A stretch of 64,000 nt of DNA from Lama glama (lineage: Eukaryota), in assembly GCA_028534125.1 (NCBI GenBank), contig CM052816.1:8868001-8932000 (forward strand), read 5' to 3'. Position numbers and translations under genes: made by a program. The notes beneath the pieces were generated by a model. That model ran no database searches and was not told the origin of the DNA. It was given only the letters and a program-made list of their open reading frames with translations. Of this stretch, positions 25,482-42,053 are shown piece by piece (the stretch's first letter is position 1; each line of letters starts with the position of its first letter).

Positions 25482-26033
25482 ATCTGATCTAGATGATCTG
25501 GTCTTGGGCCAGTTACTTCTCTAGTCTCATGTCCTAATGCTCAGGTATTTGTTTTTTTAGGTCCACACTTTCTTATCTGCAATTCTGAAATGCAAAGAGC
25601 TCTGAAACCAAAATTTTTCTCAAGTGTTTTGGCACATACTCATTTGGTGACAGAACCTGACCTGAACTGATAGGAGGCTGTTTGTAATCTATTTCTTCCA
25701 TATGGTGTGAATATTCACGTCTTGTTGTAGAATTACTAACGTGTTCACTTACAGGGTGCCTCCTGAGAACTTGGGGTTTTTCATCATATATAGCATATGC
25801 ACCATATTGTCTCTCTGAAATTCGAGAAGCTGTGAAACACTGCTGGCCCCAAGTTTCTGCAGGCTCAGAAACCAGAACTTGTTAGAACTATGTGTTAAGA
25901 AAAAGTAAACAGGTTCTGAATGAGATTTGAGCAAATCGTCTCTGAGCAAAGTTTGTGAGTTTTACTATTTGGATATATTGGCATTTCTCTGCCTTTCTCA
26001 CTAGCTGATTTTTTGGTTCTTGGTGAGGTTCTA

Positions 26034-26258
<225 letters not shown>

Positions 26259-27325
26259 CTACTTACACTCAGCCTGCCCGCAAAAGAATGTAAGTAGAAG
26301 GTACTATGCAAACATTCTGGCATCAAATGGGTGGAAGATACCTGAGGGCCTTGGAATAAAGATAATGACAAAAATTACTAAAATTAAAGTTATCGAACAC
26401 CCATTATACACCAAGCACTGCATAGATTAGCTAATTTAGCCTTTTGAAGCCTATAAAGCAGGTGCTATTGTTAGTCATCCTATTTTACAGATAAGGAAAA
26501 TGAGATCAAGTCACTGCTCAAGGCCATGCAGTTGGTGAGTGGGAAAGCTGGGATTCAAAACCCACAGTCCTGTCTCTTAACTTCTCTCCTATATTCCTTT
26601 GCATTTTCTACACTGCCTTTACCCCCTGTATTTTCCCAGTGTTTGCTTAGTACCTTACTGGATGTAATTCCTTTAGTGTGACATACTTCGAGTTAAGCCT
26701 GCAGAGAATTTAGAGAAGACTGTCTCCAAAAGCCATCATAAGGATCAAAAGTGGAGGGAAAAGCCTGGAATGCGAATATCGGGGCATACTGGTGGGAGAG
26801 AGCAGCTTGGATGAGCAAACCACTTCTAACTCCCACCAGCCCTCTGTGACTTTGGGAAGTTGTTTTTTCCCTGGCCCTTGAACTCTTCATCTCTAATTGA
26901 GATTGGAAATGCTCCACAGAGAGGAAGTGTAGGTGTGGAAGAAAATTCTCTGACTTCAGAGTCATGAGGTGTGGTGTGACCTCAGACAACAATAGGAATA
27001 CTGTTCCCAGTGACAACTGACACTTATTGGACTAGTCATTTCATCTGCGTCTCAATTTCCTTGTCTGAAAGCAGGTATAACATGTATTCATTTGACAGGC
27101 ATTTATTGCACTCCTACTCTATTTCAGACTGAAGGACCAGGTGTATAATGATAAACAAAACAGACACAGTCCAGTTCTTAGTAAAAATACAATCTAGTGG
27201 GGGAGGCAGGTAAGTAAGGACATGAATATATTTTATATGCATGTATACAGTTACATATATTCACACACAAATTGTGCTTAATGTTATGAGGCAGAATAAC
27301 AGATGGGACTGTCAGTAATTTAGAC

Positions 27326-27545
27326 CACTGGTTCCCAGATGGGGGCGATTTTGTCCTCCAGGAGACATCTGGCAATTCTGGAGACATTTTTGGTTGTCAT
27401 AACTGGGCCTGGCCTGAAGCATCAGCGAATCTGGCATCAAATGGGTGCTAGGAATGCCACTAAACATCCTGCAATGCACATAATAGTCCCTATAAAAAAG
27501 AATTACTGGTTTCAAGTGTCAGTAATGCTGAGGTTGAAATATTGA
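27326..27545. mobile_element. MER20 hAT MITE
   Basis: 'gggggcgattttgtcctccaggagacatctggcaattctggagacatttttggttgtcataactggg' ... 'gtcagtaatgctgaggttga' matches recalled MER20. Confidence 0.85.
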
Positions 27546-28111
27546 TAAAGACAGGTCAGTGAAGTTCTCCCTGAGGACATCCTATTCAAGAAGAGTTGCT
27601 GGGAAAATTAGAAGTAATGGAAGCAAAGCCTTGAGGATGGCCTGGTACACTGGAGATCCCAGGAGAGGGCATGTGCTTGGTGGTTAAAGCAGGGCTCTGG
27701 AGTCAGACTTCCTGGGTTTGGATCTTATCTCCCACTTAGCTGAGTGACCTTGAGCAAGACCAACATCTGAACCTTAGTTTCCTTAAAGTCTCAAATGGGG
27801 TGAGCACACATAATACCATCTCACAGACCTGTGAAGATTGTGTGAGATAATACAGGTTAAGATGCTGTACTGGCCTAAGGTAATTGATCACCACAAGTTT
27901 GTTATTATTGTCAATAGCTCCAAGGGCACTTCTAAGATCATATTCAGGATAAAAAGTCAAATGCTGGTGTTTCAGTGGAGAGAACACAGGCCAGAGAACT
28001 TGCTTGAAGAGTCCCCTTCATAGCTATGCCACCTGTGGCATGTCCGCTCTCCTTGTGGGCCTCAGCTTTCTCATCTGTATATAGCATAACTCCTACCCCA
28101 AACAGTGATCA

Positions 28112-28513
<402 letters not shown>

Positions 28514-28519
28514 CTATAC

Positions 28520-28958
28520 TGTGTGGTTTTTACCTGCCCAGTATCCATTTCCCCATTCCGTTCTCATTCCTTACAGTTTGAATGGGGCTGACCTCACTCC
28601 TAGTTAAAGGGTTGGCACATAACTTAGACCCTGGCTCATAATTATATCTCCTTTTCTGGTCACAGTGATTGGTTTAGGGATCAAAGCTGGTCTAATCAGA
28701 GTGAATCTTGAAGTGTTTTGGGGGGCCTCTGGGAAGCCTCTCTGCTGGGGTGGCTGCATGGATTGGTTGAGGGCTAGAGTTGTGTAGCCTTTATACCACC
28801 ACGAGGGGCATAGAATGAAACCAGTGTAGGGGAAGGCAGAAGCAAGAACTAGAAAAGGCCTTGCTGTCACTGATCACTCAAGTTTCCCATTACATTTTTC
28901 TTTTCATTTCTAAGCCTATTTGAGTTCAGTTTCTCTTGTAACAAAGAATCATGACACA
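28520..28958. mobile_element. Old MaLR (MLT1J-like) LTR
   Basis: Starts TG and ends CA; 3' end 'tttgagttcagtttctcttgtaacaaagaatcatgacaca' resembles MLT1. Confidence 0.55.
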
Positions 28959-30291
28959 GGGCTTTACATTGATCATAGACTCCTACTAGGATTTAGCTGC
29001 TGATTCAGTTTAAGCCAACAAAACTATGTTAGTTTAGGACCTTTGTGCCAAGAGCTGTGTTGGATCTTACCAGGTTTAAAAATCAGTTCCATTGTTTGCC
29101 CTGAGGAAGCTGCACTGGAGGGTTTTCTAGCAATGGTGGGTTTTAAAAATTCATTTGTTCATTCACTTGTTTGTTCATTCATTCATTCAGTAAATATTTA
29201 TTGAGTGCTTACTATGTACCAGGCACTGTTCTGTGCCCTTGGGATATATCAGTGAACAAAATAGGCAAAGATCTTTGCCCTTTTGGAGCTTATAATTTGT
29301 GTGTGTGTGTGTGTGTGTTTGCGCGCACGTGCCTGTGCATGAGACAGACGGAGAACAATGTGGTAAATAAATAATATGTTAAAAAGTGATATGCAGTAGA
29401 AAAAAATTGAGCAGGACAAGTTGGACAGTCAAGTCATTCTGGTCCAAATCCTGATTCTAACTCATAGTTCTTCATATTGAAACCAAACCGCATTTTTGTG
29501 CCTTCTTCCCATTGATTCTGGTTCCTAGCCACACATAACAAATCTTTAAGCCAGAAGTTCTCAGTCTGAGGCTCATGTATTCCTGGGCAATCTATGGCTC
29601 CAGGAGCACATGAGCTCCTAAAATTGTTTGCAACATTGTGAACTGTGGGGATTTTTTCCCTTAGGAAACCCTCCATAGGTTCCATCCGATTCTCATGAGG
29701 CTGTATGACCCTGGACATATTCTATGTAAGGAGAAGACCTCTGTTCCCTCCAGATGTTCAGAAACCTCAGTCTGAAGGGGTGCTGAACTGCAGCTATAGA
29801 GAAAATTCAACAGAAACCTGGCAGGAAAGTGGGGTGCAGAGGAGCCCAGGGCAGGCAGGGCCTGCAGAGGTCATGGCCTTGGGTTTCAGAAGAGGATCCT
29901 GGCAAAGTGTCACTGTCCATCACTCCCAGTACCTAGCCTAATGTCTCACACTCTTGGATGCTCAGCATGTATTTGTGAATGAATGAGTTAATGTGGAGTT
30001 CAAAATGATATGTCTTATTTCCTTAATTGTAAGGTACACTTTGTTTTTCACATTTTAGCATTTCTATGATCAGATATTATTTTACCACATTAAGTGTACA
30101 CATTTGTGTTGCTTTTCCATCCCCTCACTCTAAAAGCATTTATTAAATTGGTGGTACTTCCATTAGTCAGGAGAGATGAGGCAGAGGAGGAGGGAGAGGA
30201 GGGGGAGAGAGGAGGTGGGGGGAAGAAAAGGCGGGGAGAAGCCTACCTGTACCCGGTAAGAAACCAGGTGGCTGGTGCAAGGGCAGTGTCA

Positions 30292-30579
<288 letters not shown>

Positions 30580-32239
30580 TCAATCTCTCCATCTATAAAA
30601 CAGCAATATTTAGATCTATACCCCTAGATACATTTAGTGTGAAGGAAAGGAGACAGGGAGCCAAAGGGAGGCAGCAGAGCATGGGGATGAGGAGCAAGGG
30701 CTTTACAACCAGACAGTCTGTTTTCTTTTGCCCTTTGCTGGTTGTTCGACATCAGGCAAAGCAGATGTGGTGTTTTTGTGCCTTCGCCTACACTTTAGTT
30801 TCCTTGCTTGTAAGTATGGGTATTGGTCAAATTTACCTCTTGGCATTGTGAAAAGGACTGAGACAGACATGAAAATTACCTAGTATGGTACTTGGCAAGT
30901 AGTCAGTACTTGATAGATACTAGATATAATGTAAAACAAAATTTTTGATGCACACACACTTTAGTTTTAAAAGGGCATTTTTATAGTTAACTCTATTATA
31001 TATAAGACAAAGAGACAGCTACATATAACTCAGACTTGGGGCAAAAGTTAGGCATTGCCCATTTTATTACTGAGAGATTAGTGGAAAGTGAGGAACCTAG
31101 AAGTTTACTGTAGGCTCTATTCTATAGTGGACAGTGACAGCACATGGTTATGGCAAAAATGTATCAGCCATTTACTATATGCTAGGCCATTTATATGCAT
31201 TTCTATTTAATCCTCACAAAAACTTACTATTAATATCTCTACTTTATCTTGAGGAAACTGACACAGAGAGGTTAGGTCTCACTGCTAATGATGGCAGAGC
31301 CCATGTTTGAGCTCCAGGGTCCATGCTGTGCAATACTGCTCTTGCTTGGGCAAGGCCAGAGTACAACCTCTCAGTGAAAGTTTTATTATTATTATTATTA
31401 TTTTATGCTACAGACAGCTACATGTAGTCCTCTGTAAGTGGGGTGTGGAGCAATTCCCACGGTTTGCTAATAATTGGGTGTCTTGTCTCTCCAGCTCTGT
31501 GGGGATTGCAATGGTCATCTATTACCTATGCAGAAAGTCAGCTCCTGCCACAACTACCCTGCAATTCAAGCCTCATTGTAAATAAAACATGGAGGGCAGA
31601 GAATGGGACCCATGGCTCCCTCTACTTCCCAGATACACAATGGTATCCCAAGGGAGCTGGCACCCAGACTTTTGGATTTTGTAGACTGGTAAAATAAAAA
31701 GTAGAGAGACCAACAAAGGATTGTCAGCATTATTATACTGTATCAGATTAGGACCTTAAAACTACCAACTACCATCTATTATTCCCAGTATTTATAAAAA
31801 ATAATATTTTAACATCCTGGCTTGAACACAAACAGAATGAATGTCATTTATATTGAATAGAATTAACTTTATGAAAAACTTCATGCACTGTTCTTATTTT
31901 TCTCATTTATTGCAGATGAGTGAAAATTGCCTCTGGGACCGAAACAGCAAGTAAACTCACCTTTGTGAGCCACCGCCCTGAGCCTCGTTGATGTATCAGC
32001 ACCACGGAGAGCAGCTTATCTCACACCCGACCCGTTAATGCTTGAGTCACTCAAATGGTGGTAAAGAAGCAAACTATGTTTTTTCTAATCGGTAAGTTCT
32101 GTGGGCCTCATAGTATTAGGGATAAAATGTTTGTTTCAGAACTGCCCAAGTACCTTCCAGAAAAATCTGGGCCTCCATAGTAAGGAAAAAAAAGGAATAT
32201 TTAATGTCCAAGTTAGTAAGGTAACTAATGCACAAATGT

Positions 32240-35200
32240 AGTTATGTATCAGTATTTCTTTCCTTTTTATTGCTGAATAATATTCTAGGTGATTTTAGGG
32301 GGAGCCCTCCATTGTGTCTGCTGAGAAGTCAGCTGTTAATGTTATTGGGGATCCTTTGTAAGTGATGAATTCATTTTCTCTTCTGGTTTTAAGATTTTCT
32401 CCTTGTCTTTGGCTTTAGCACTTTGAGCATGATGTGTCTTTTGTGGATCTCTTTGCCTTTATCCTCCTGGAACTTGATTGAAATTGCTGTGAAATTAATG
32501 ATTTCAGTAAATTTGGCAACTTTTCAGCCATCACTTCTTTTAAAATTTTTTATGCTCTTTTCTCTTTCTTCTCTCCTAATACTCCCTTTATGCATGTTAG
32601 TGCACTTAATGGTATCTCATATTTCTCTGAGGTTCTGTTCATTTTTCTTCATTCTTTTTTTCTCTCTGTTCTTCGGAATGTATAACCTCTACTGATCTAT
32701 CTTTACTGATTCTTTTGCCACTTCAAAAGTACTGTTAAGCCATCTGATAGGACATCGTCATCTTGCCTTTCTTTACTTTTTTTTTATTAACTAAAGTTCA
32801 TACTTTATTAGATTTATTTAGATTTTACCTATTGTCCTTTTTCTGTTGCAGAATCCCACTTAGGCTACCACATTACATTTAGTCATCATGTCTCCTTAGG
32901 CTCTTCTTGGCTGTGACATTTCTCAGACTTTTTTTTCCTCCCAGTTTAACTGAGATAATAATTGACATATAACCATGTATGAGTTTAAGGTACATTGCAT
33001 GATGATTTGACCTACATACATCATGAAATGATTATCACAGTAAGTTTAGGGAACATCCATTATCTTGTCTAGGTACAAAATTAAAGAAATAGAAAAAAAA
33101 TTTTTTTCCCTGTGATGAGAACTCTCAGGATGTACTCTCTTAACAACTCTCATACAGCAGTGTTAATTATATTTATCATGTTGTACATTACATCCCTAGT
33201 ACTTATTTCTCTTATAACTATAAGTTTGTACCTTTTGACTACTTTCATCCAATCCCCTTCCTCTCACCCCTACCTCTGGTAACCACAAATCTGATCTCTT
33301 TTTCTATGAATTTGTTTTTGAACTAAATTTGACCTACAATACTGTGTTAGTTCCTGGTATACAACATAGTGATTTGATGTTTCTATATATTTCAAAATGA
33401 TCACCATGTAGTTACCATGTTACCATCTGTCACCATACAAAGATATTATATAATTATTAACTATATTCCTTGTACTACACATTTAATTCCCATGAATCAT
33501 TTTATAACTGGAAGTTTGTACCTCTTAATCTCCCTCACCTCTCTCCTCCCCCTGACTCCCTCCCCTCTGGCAACCACCTATTTGTTCTCTGTGTTTTTGA
33601 CTCTGTTTCTGTTTTGTTGTGTTTGTTTTGTTTTTTAGATTCCACATATAAGTGAAATCATATGTATTTGTCTTTCTCTGACTTATTTCACTTAGCATAA
33701 TACCCTCTAAATCTATCCATGTTGTCACAAATGGCAAGATTTCATTCTTTTTAATGGCTGAGTAATATTCCATTATGTGTATATGTGATGTGTGTATATG
33801 TTATATTCTTTATCCACTCATCTATTGATGGGCATTTAGGTTGCTTCCATATTTAGTTATTATAAATAATGCAGCAATGAACATAGAGCATATATCAGTG
33901 TTTTCATTTTCTTTGGGTACATACCCAGAAGTAGAGTTGCTGAATGTTATGGTAGTTCTGTTTTTGTGGAACCTCTAATTTACACTCCCACCAAAACTGC
34001 ATAAGCGTTCCCTTTTTTCCACGTGGTCACCACTACTTGTTAATTGTTGTCTTTTTGATAATAGCCATTCTGACAGAAGTAAGGTGATACCTCATTGTGG
34101 TTTTGATTTGCACTTCCGTGATGATTAGTGAAGTTGAGCGTCTTATCATGTGCCTATTGGCCATCTGTAAGTCTTCTTTGGAAAAATGTCTATGGTCCTA
34201 TGCCTATTTTTAAATTGTGTTTCGGTACACATTTTAGAGTTATTTTTTCTAGTTCTATAAAAAATGCCATTGGTATTTTAATAGGATTGCACTGAATCTG
34301 TAGATTGTCTTGGGTAGTATGGTCATTTTATTCACTATTAATTCTTCCAATCCAAGAATACGGTATATCTTTTCATCTGTTTGTGTCATCTTCAATTTCT
34401 TTCATCAGTATCTTACAGTCTTCTGAGTTTTTACCTCCTTAGATTTATTCCTAGGTATCTTATTCTTTTTATGTTTTTAAAATTAAAAAAATTTTAACTT
34501 CTTTATTTTTTATTTAAAGATTTTTAAATTTTTATACAATTTTTAAAGGTTACTTTCCATTTATAGTTACTACAAAATATTGCCTATGTCCCCTGCATTG
34601 TACAGTACACTCTTGAGCCTGTCTTACACCCAATAGTTTGTGCAGGTGCCATTCCCCATCTCTATATTTCTCCTCCCCTCCACTGGTAACCACTAGTTTG
34701 TTCTTTATATCTGTAAGTCTGCTTCTTTTATGTTATATTCACTAGTTTATTATATTTTTTAGATTATACATATAAGTGATAGCATACAGTATTTATCTTT
34801 TTCTACCTGACTTATTTCACTTAGCATAATGCACACCATTTTGCTGCTAATGGCAAGATTTTGTTCCTTTTTAATGGCTGAATAGTATTCCATTATATAT
34901 ATTTACATCTTTATCCATTCATCTGTTAACTTAGGTTGTTTCCATCTCTTGGCAATTATAAATAATGCTTCTGTGAACACTAGGGTGCATGTATCTTTTC
35001 AGATCAGTGTTTTTGTTTTTTTCAGATACATATGCAGGAGTGGAATTGCTGGGTCATATGGTAGTTCTATTTTTAATTTTTTTGAGAAACTTCCATACTA
35101 TTGTCTACAGTGGCTGCACCAATTTACATTCCCACCAGTGCACGAGGGTTCCTTTTTGTTCACATCCTTGCCAGCATTTGTTATTTGTAGACTTTGATGA

Positions 35201-37740
35201 TAGCCATTCTCACAGGTATGAGGTATCTCATTGGGATTTTGATTTACATTTCCCTGATGATTAGCGATGTTGAGCGTCTTTTCATATGCCTGTTGGCCAT
35301 CTGCACTTCCTGTTTGGAAAAATATCTCTTTAGTTCTTCTGCTCATTTTTCAGTCGAGTTGTTTGTATTTTTGATGTTGAGTTGTATGAGCTATTTGTGT
35401 ATGTTGGATATTAATCCTTATCAGTCATATCATTTGCAAATATTTTCACCCATTTGCAAGTAGGTTGTCTTTTTGTTATGTTGATGGTTCCTTTGCTATG
35501 CAAAAGCTTTTAAGTTTAATTAGGTCCTATTTGTTTATTTTTGCTTTTATTTCCTTTACTTTAGGAAGGGGATCCAAAAAAATATTGGTTCAATTTATGT
35601 CAAAGAGTGTTCTGCCTATATTTTCCTCTAGGAATTTTAGGATATCCAGTCTTACATTTAGGTCTTTAATCCATTTTGAGCTCATTTTTGTATATGGTGT
35701 CAGAGAATGTTCTAATTTCATTCTTTTACCTGAAAGCTGTCCAGTTTTCCCAACATCACTTGCTGAAGAGACTGTCTTTTCTCCATTGTATATTCTTGCC
35801 TCCTTTGTTATAAGTTAATTGACTGTAAGTGCATGGGTTTATTTCTGGGCTTCTATCACATTCCATTGATCTATGTGTCTGTTTTTATGCCAGTACCATA
35901 CTGTTTTGATGACTAGCTTTGAAGTCAGAGAGTGTGATTCCTCCAGCTCTGTTCTTTCTCAAGATTGTTTTGGCTCTTTGGTGTCTTTTGTATTTCTGTA
36001 CAAATTTTAGAATTATTTGTTCTAGTTCTGTGAAGAATGTCACTGGTGTTTTGATAAGGATAGCATTGAATCTGTAGATTGCCTTGGGCAGTATGGTCAT
36101 TTTAACAATATTGATTCTTAGAGTCCAAGAACATGGTGTATCTTTCTGTTTGTGCCATCTTCAATTTCCTTTATCAGCATCTTACAGTTTTCAGCATATA
36201 GACCTTTTACCTCTTAGTTAGGTTTATTCCTAGGTATTTTATTCTTTTTAAATGTGATTCTAAATGGGATTGTTTTCTTAATTTCTGTTTCTGATAGTTC
36301 ATTGTTGGTGTATAGAAATGTAACAGATTTCTCTATATTGTTTTGTATCCTGCAAATTTACCAAATTCATTGGTGAGCTCTAGTAGTTTTTTGGTGTCTT
36401 TAGAATTATATGTCTAGTATCATGTTTTCTCCAGACAGTGACAGTTTTACTTCTTCACTTTCAGTTTCTTCCTTTACTTCTTTAAGCATGGTTTACCTTA
36501 GTTCTTTGAACATATTTACAAAGGATGCTTTGAAGTCTTTGTTAAATTCTACATGTGGGCCCTCTCACAGGCAGTTTCTGTTGCCTGCTTTTTTCCCTCT
36601 GCATGGGTAACACTTTCCTGCTTCTTTGCATGTTTCATAATTCTTTTTGTTGAAAATTGGACATTTTAGATAATATACTGTAGCATCTCTGGGTATACTG
36701 ATCGCTGACCCCCAGCAGGTTATTTACTTGTTTAGTGGCTTAGCTGGCTCTTTTAGTGAAGTACATTTCTCGCTGCAGCTGAATCCTTTGATGTTGAGCG
36801 TCAGCGGGTAGAGCCTTGGGCATGTGCACAGTCACCCTGGTAGAACAGTGGTCTTAGCAGGGCTCTCTCTGGTTCTCTTTCTGATCTTTCTGTTAAGTTG
36901 CCTGACTTTACTGGCTACTTAATCACACCGAGCTGTTAGGCTCCGCAAATTGTCAGCTGATTGCTCTATTGTTTTTGACAATGCCCTGGATTATCATTTG
37001 CTCTACATTCTGTTCCAACTAAAGTCAATTCTTTTGAAGGAGAGCTTTGGAATACTTTGTTTTTATGACCTGCCTTTCACCCTAGGCAAAATCTCTGAGT
37101 CACTGTTCTGAATCTAGGGATAGGAACAATGGCCTGCTTCTCTTGGAGTGACACCTCTGTTTTATGAGCAGGATGCTGGGTGGGGACGGTAACCTCTCAT
37201 CTTCTTAGCTTGCCTCTAAGAAGAACCCCTGCCTTATAAGTGAGCTCCCATATCCTTGGCCTTCCCTACTTGGGGTCAAGCCTCTGCCCTATGAGTGGGG
37301 TCTGGGTAGTGAAGGGAGCTTCCTACTTCTGGGCTGCACTCACCTGGAATTTAGCATCTGCAACACATAGTTGGGGATGATGAGAAATGCTGGTGACAGC
37401 TCTTATTGGGGAGATGCTGCAGATCTTGACTGGGAACTAGGAAGAGAGAACCCCATTTTCCTGTCCACACCTGCCTAGAGTAAAGAGTCTGTCACACTGA
37501 GCTGGGAAAAGGGTAAAGGAGTGGGTTGTGGCTCCAACACTACAAACTCTCACTGTTTTTTTTTTTTTTTTTACTGAGATATAGTAAATTTTCTGGAATA
37601 CATCTTCATTTGCTATATGCCTTTAGGACAGTTTCTAGAGATTTTAAATGACTGTTTCATTTAGTAACTTTCACCAATTATGGTTGTTTTTCTGGGAAAT
37701 GTGTCGATGGAGCTTATCATGTAACCGCTTTTCTCAGTAA
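32240..37740 (-). mobile_element. Nested cluster of degraded LINE-1 fragments in AFAP1L1 intron 15
   Basis: T-rich + strand. Minus-strand ORF remnants with L1 ORF2 motifs (MEYYSAIKKNEILPFVTTWIDLEGIMLSEISQ at 33773; [31 protein letters not shown] at 36100). At least three poly-T tails near 32780, 32930 and 34470-34540. No intact ORF. Confidence 0.92.
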
Positions 37741-37744
37741 TCCC

Positions 37745-38253
37745 CTTGGTTCCCATGATTTCTGTTTTCTTGTATTCATGTCTTCTTGCAGTCCCCTCCC
37801 ACACTCGACAGGGCTGACCTGTATAACCATTAGGTTATGGCAGAGATGATCACAAAAGCTAGTTCACGAAAACATTGCAGCTTCTGCCCTGTGCCACCTT
37901 TCTGGGTCACTTGCTCTGGGGGAAGCCAGCTGTCTTGTCATGAGGACAGGCAGCCCAGTGGTGAAGTCCCCATGACAAGGAACTGAGGCCTCTTTCCAAA
38001 AGGCAGCACAAACTTACCAGGCGTGCAAGTGAGCCATCTTGGGAGCAGATCCTCCAATATGTTCAGCCTTCAGATGACTTCACATGACCAGCTGACATCT
38101 TGACTGAGACCTCACGAGAGACCGTAAGCCAGAACTGCCTAACTAAGCTGCTCCAGGATTCCTGACCCACGGAGACTGTGACAGAACACAAACTTACTAT
38201 TTGAGCTATTAAACTTTGGATAATATGTTATGTAGCAGTAGGTAATTAATACA
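37745..38253. mobile_element. MaLR (MLT1-like) solo LTR
   Basis: 'ggaactgaggcct...gtgagccatcttgggagcagatcctcc...ccttcagatgact', ending 'tgttatgtagcagtaggtaattaataca'. Confidence 0.8.
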
Positions 38254-39109
38254 TGATCTCTGGTAAGACTCTTCTGTTATGTTCTTCAGTTTCTTCATCT
38301 GAAAAACGTTGGACTAGATCCATCTGTCTGTAAGGAGCCAATGATTCCATAGTGGTGGGTCACAGGCTACAACTGTGTGGGGCCAAAGTTAGGCCAAGTG
38401 GGCCTCCTGACTGCAGCCAAAGCAGCTCCACTTTTCTCTCTCTTATAAACTGGGCTTTGGTGTAAGATTTGAGTTGAAGAGTCTGTTTTTGTTATCTTTG
38501 TCGTTAGTTTTTTTTTCTTTTTAATATTTTGTAATTTCTTTAATTTTACATGCTTATTTCAGTTTAGTTTCCACTTTTGAAAAGGCGCTTTCCATAAGGC
38601 CCTGTATTTCCAGTGTCCATGAGCACAGAGAGGAAGGAATGTTACACAACAACCCTCTAATTGTTCAGAGGGGAAATTCAGAGCCAGAGAGGGGAGGGGA
38701 CTTTTCCAAAGTTACATAGCAATTTAGTGACCAAGTGAGGAATCCCAGAAGAGATTATCTATTCTAATGAAATGGGGATATTATAAAGAAAAGTATTTTA
38801 AAAAATAAATCTTCAAAAAGCAAAGACTAGAACTTTGTTCAGGTGTGGGGGAAGAAAGTTAAGGCAACAAATAAAAGACTCTTGGAGCATGCTGTCCTAC
38901 AGGAAGCTGGCTTGATCATAAAGATAAATCACACAGGAGTAGAGGTTATTGTTGGGAATCAAAGAGAATTTACTGTAGGGTTGTCTGGCATACTTAGTCA
39001 TGACTGAGCAGTGTGGCAAACAGGCAATTCAGTAAGCTGTGGGGTGCTAGGCAGAGCTTGGGCTGGGACACAGGAGAGCTATGCATGTATATATATATAT
39101 GGCTTTATG

Positions 39110-39787
<678 letters not shown>

Positions 39788-41144
39788 TCAGCAGTGTATA
39801 AACCACATGCATTAGTAGTGTATCATTTGAAACTCATACCTTCCTGAGGGGGGCAGCAGAAGGCATCCCTAAACTGGAATTTCTGCTGAGAGGAAGATTA
39901 GGAGGTTTCAAGAGACTGTGGGTGACCGTATTTGATTTATCATAGATATTTTTGTCCTCACATCATTTGGACATAGCCTTCAGATTTTCTGAATTGCTAA
40001 TGTATAGAGTCTTTAGTTAAAAAAAAAGTCATGGATGAGATCAGCCAATGGTAGAAGTGACATAACTTAATAAACTGGCTCTGTTTTTGTGCATGTAGAG
40101 TACTGAGAACACTCGAAATCTTGTCAAACTCAGGAAGCCATGAGTGGAATATGATAATAATGTAACATAATGATATTGATAACAGCAGCACCGTTTACTC
40201 CTCTGTATAAGACCTTCCAATGTCTAGGTACTGTGCTTAGTTCTTTCCATAAAGTATTTCACTTGGTTCTTGCAATCATCCTGTCAAATAGGTTTTATCA
40301 TATCCACGTGGAGCCAGGAAGTGAGGACCAGAGAAGTGAACCCCAAGGTAACTTGGACTCAGCCCTGAGTACAAAGTTCATGTCCTTAAGCACTAAGCTT
40401 TCTCGCTACTAAACTCTGCAGCTGAGAAAAATCTCATGCTGCATCTGCTGGTTTGTCTGAGTCTGAAGAAGGACCATGTAAACAAAAGGATGGCTGAAGA
40501 AGCTTCTAGCACAGGGAGTCCTGGAGGTAAGAGGTGAGAGCTCAGAGAGTCATCCAGCACTATCTGAGGCAGAGGTCCTGGCCCACAGACATGTCTGATT
40601 TCCTTGGCAGCTTGATTCCCCTTCTCTCTCTGCTCAACCTGTGAGGCCTGACCCACCCTCCATCGTCTGATAAGAACGTGGTCTTCTAGCTCTCCTGTGG
40701 GAGGAGAAGACACAGGGCATGCTGCCTGTACGGGATGTCTGACGGCTACAGAAGCCTCACTGTATCTCCTTGGTTTAGTGAGCAAGACAGGGAGACTGTC
40801 CTGGTTGCTGAAGCCCAGAGTGTGGATGCCACCAGGTAAAGGCCTGAGGGGGCAGCCACCCAGTTATCATTCCCCTGAGACAGCACTGATTCAGCAGTGT
40901 TGGTTCACAGAGTGGCAAAAAGGTGGCAGCCCTCCCCTTTACAGCATGCAGAGCCCTTCTTCCTGGTCAGGGGATCTTTCCACTGCACTGCCCAGCCTCT
41001 CATACCGGGGATTCCTCCTTCTGAGCCACGGTCTATGGCAAGGAGGCCCCTTCTCCCCCACCTTCTAGCTGCTGGTTAAATGAAAAATGAGGCAAAGGAA
41101 AAAAGAAGTGAGGGAGAGGGAGAACTAACAAGTGACCTTTGCTA

Positions 41145-41318
<174 letters not shown>

Positions 41319-41879
41319 TCATTTGACTCTGGCAGCAGCTTATAATGGAGATCAGAAGGTTAGTGATAGCAACCATGCCAGGCAGCACTGGGCCATTGCT
41401 GTGTTAAGGGCTTCATAGGCAGGGACCCACAGGATTCTTACAACAACCCGGGAAGCAGGTTAGTCATTGCCTCCATTCTGTAAATATGAAAACAGGACTC
41501 ACACTGGCAAACAAAAGCACAAGCTGTTGGTTGTGATAGAGCTGTGATTCGAATCTGGCACTTCTAATAGCAGACCCCGCATACCAGCCTGGCCACAGGC
41601 TCAAGGGTATGGGAACCTAAGAGCCCAGGTCACTGTGCAAAAGGGCTTGTCCTTTCTGGCTCATTCCATCCATAGCATCCCCCAACCCTGGGCTACCTCT
41701 TTAGCCAGCTCACTCCTGCCTGCTGGGAGAGGAAGGCACCCACTCTGACTTCTGGAGGAAGCAGCCTGCCTCAGCCCTTCCTCCCTCCTCTCCGAGTCCA
41801 AAGGCTGGACTCTGCCTCTGAGAGGGAACCGAGACAGGAAAGGTTGTGGGCGGCTGTGGACCGTGGGGTGCAGTCCTTA

Positions 41880-42053
<174 letters not shown>

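Noticed and set aside
33525..36100. L1 ORF2-like peptides as an active or domesticated gene
   Set aside because: Short, frameshifted fragments from different copies; no intact ORF1 or ORF2.
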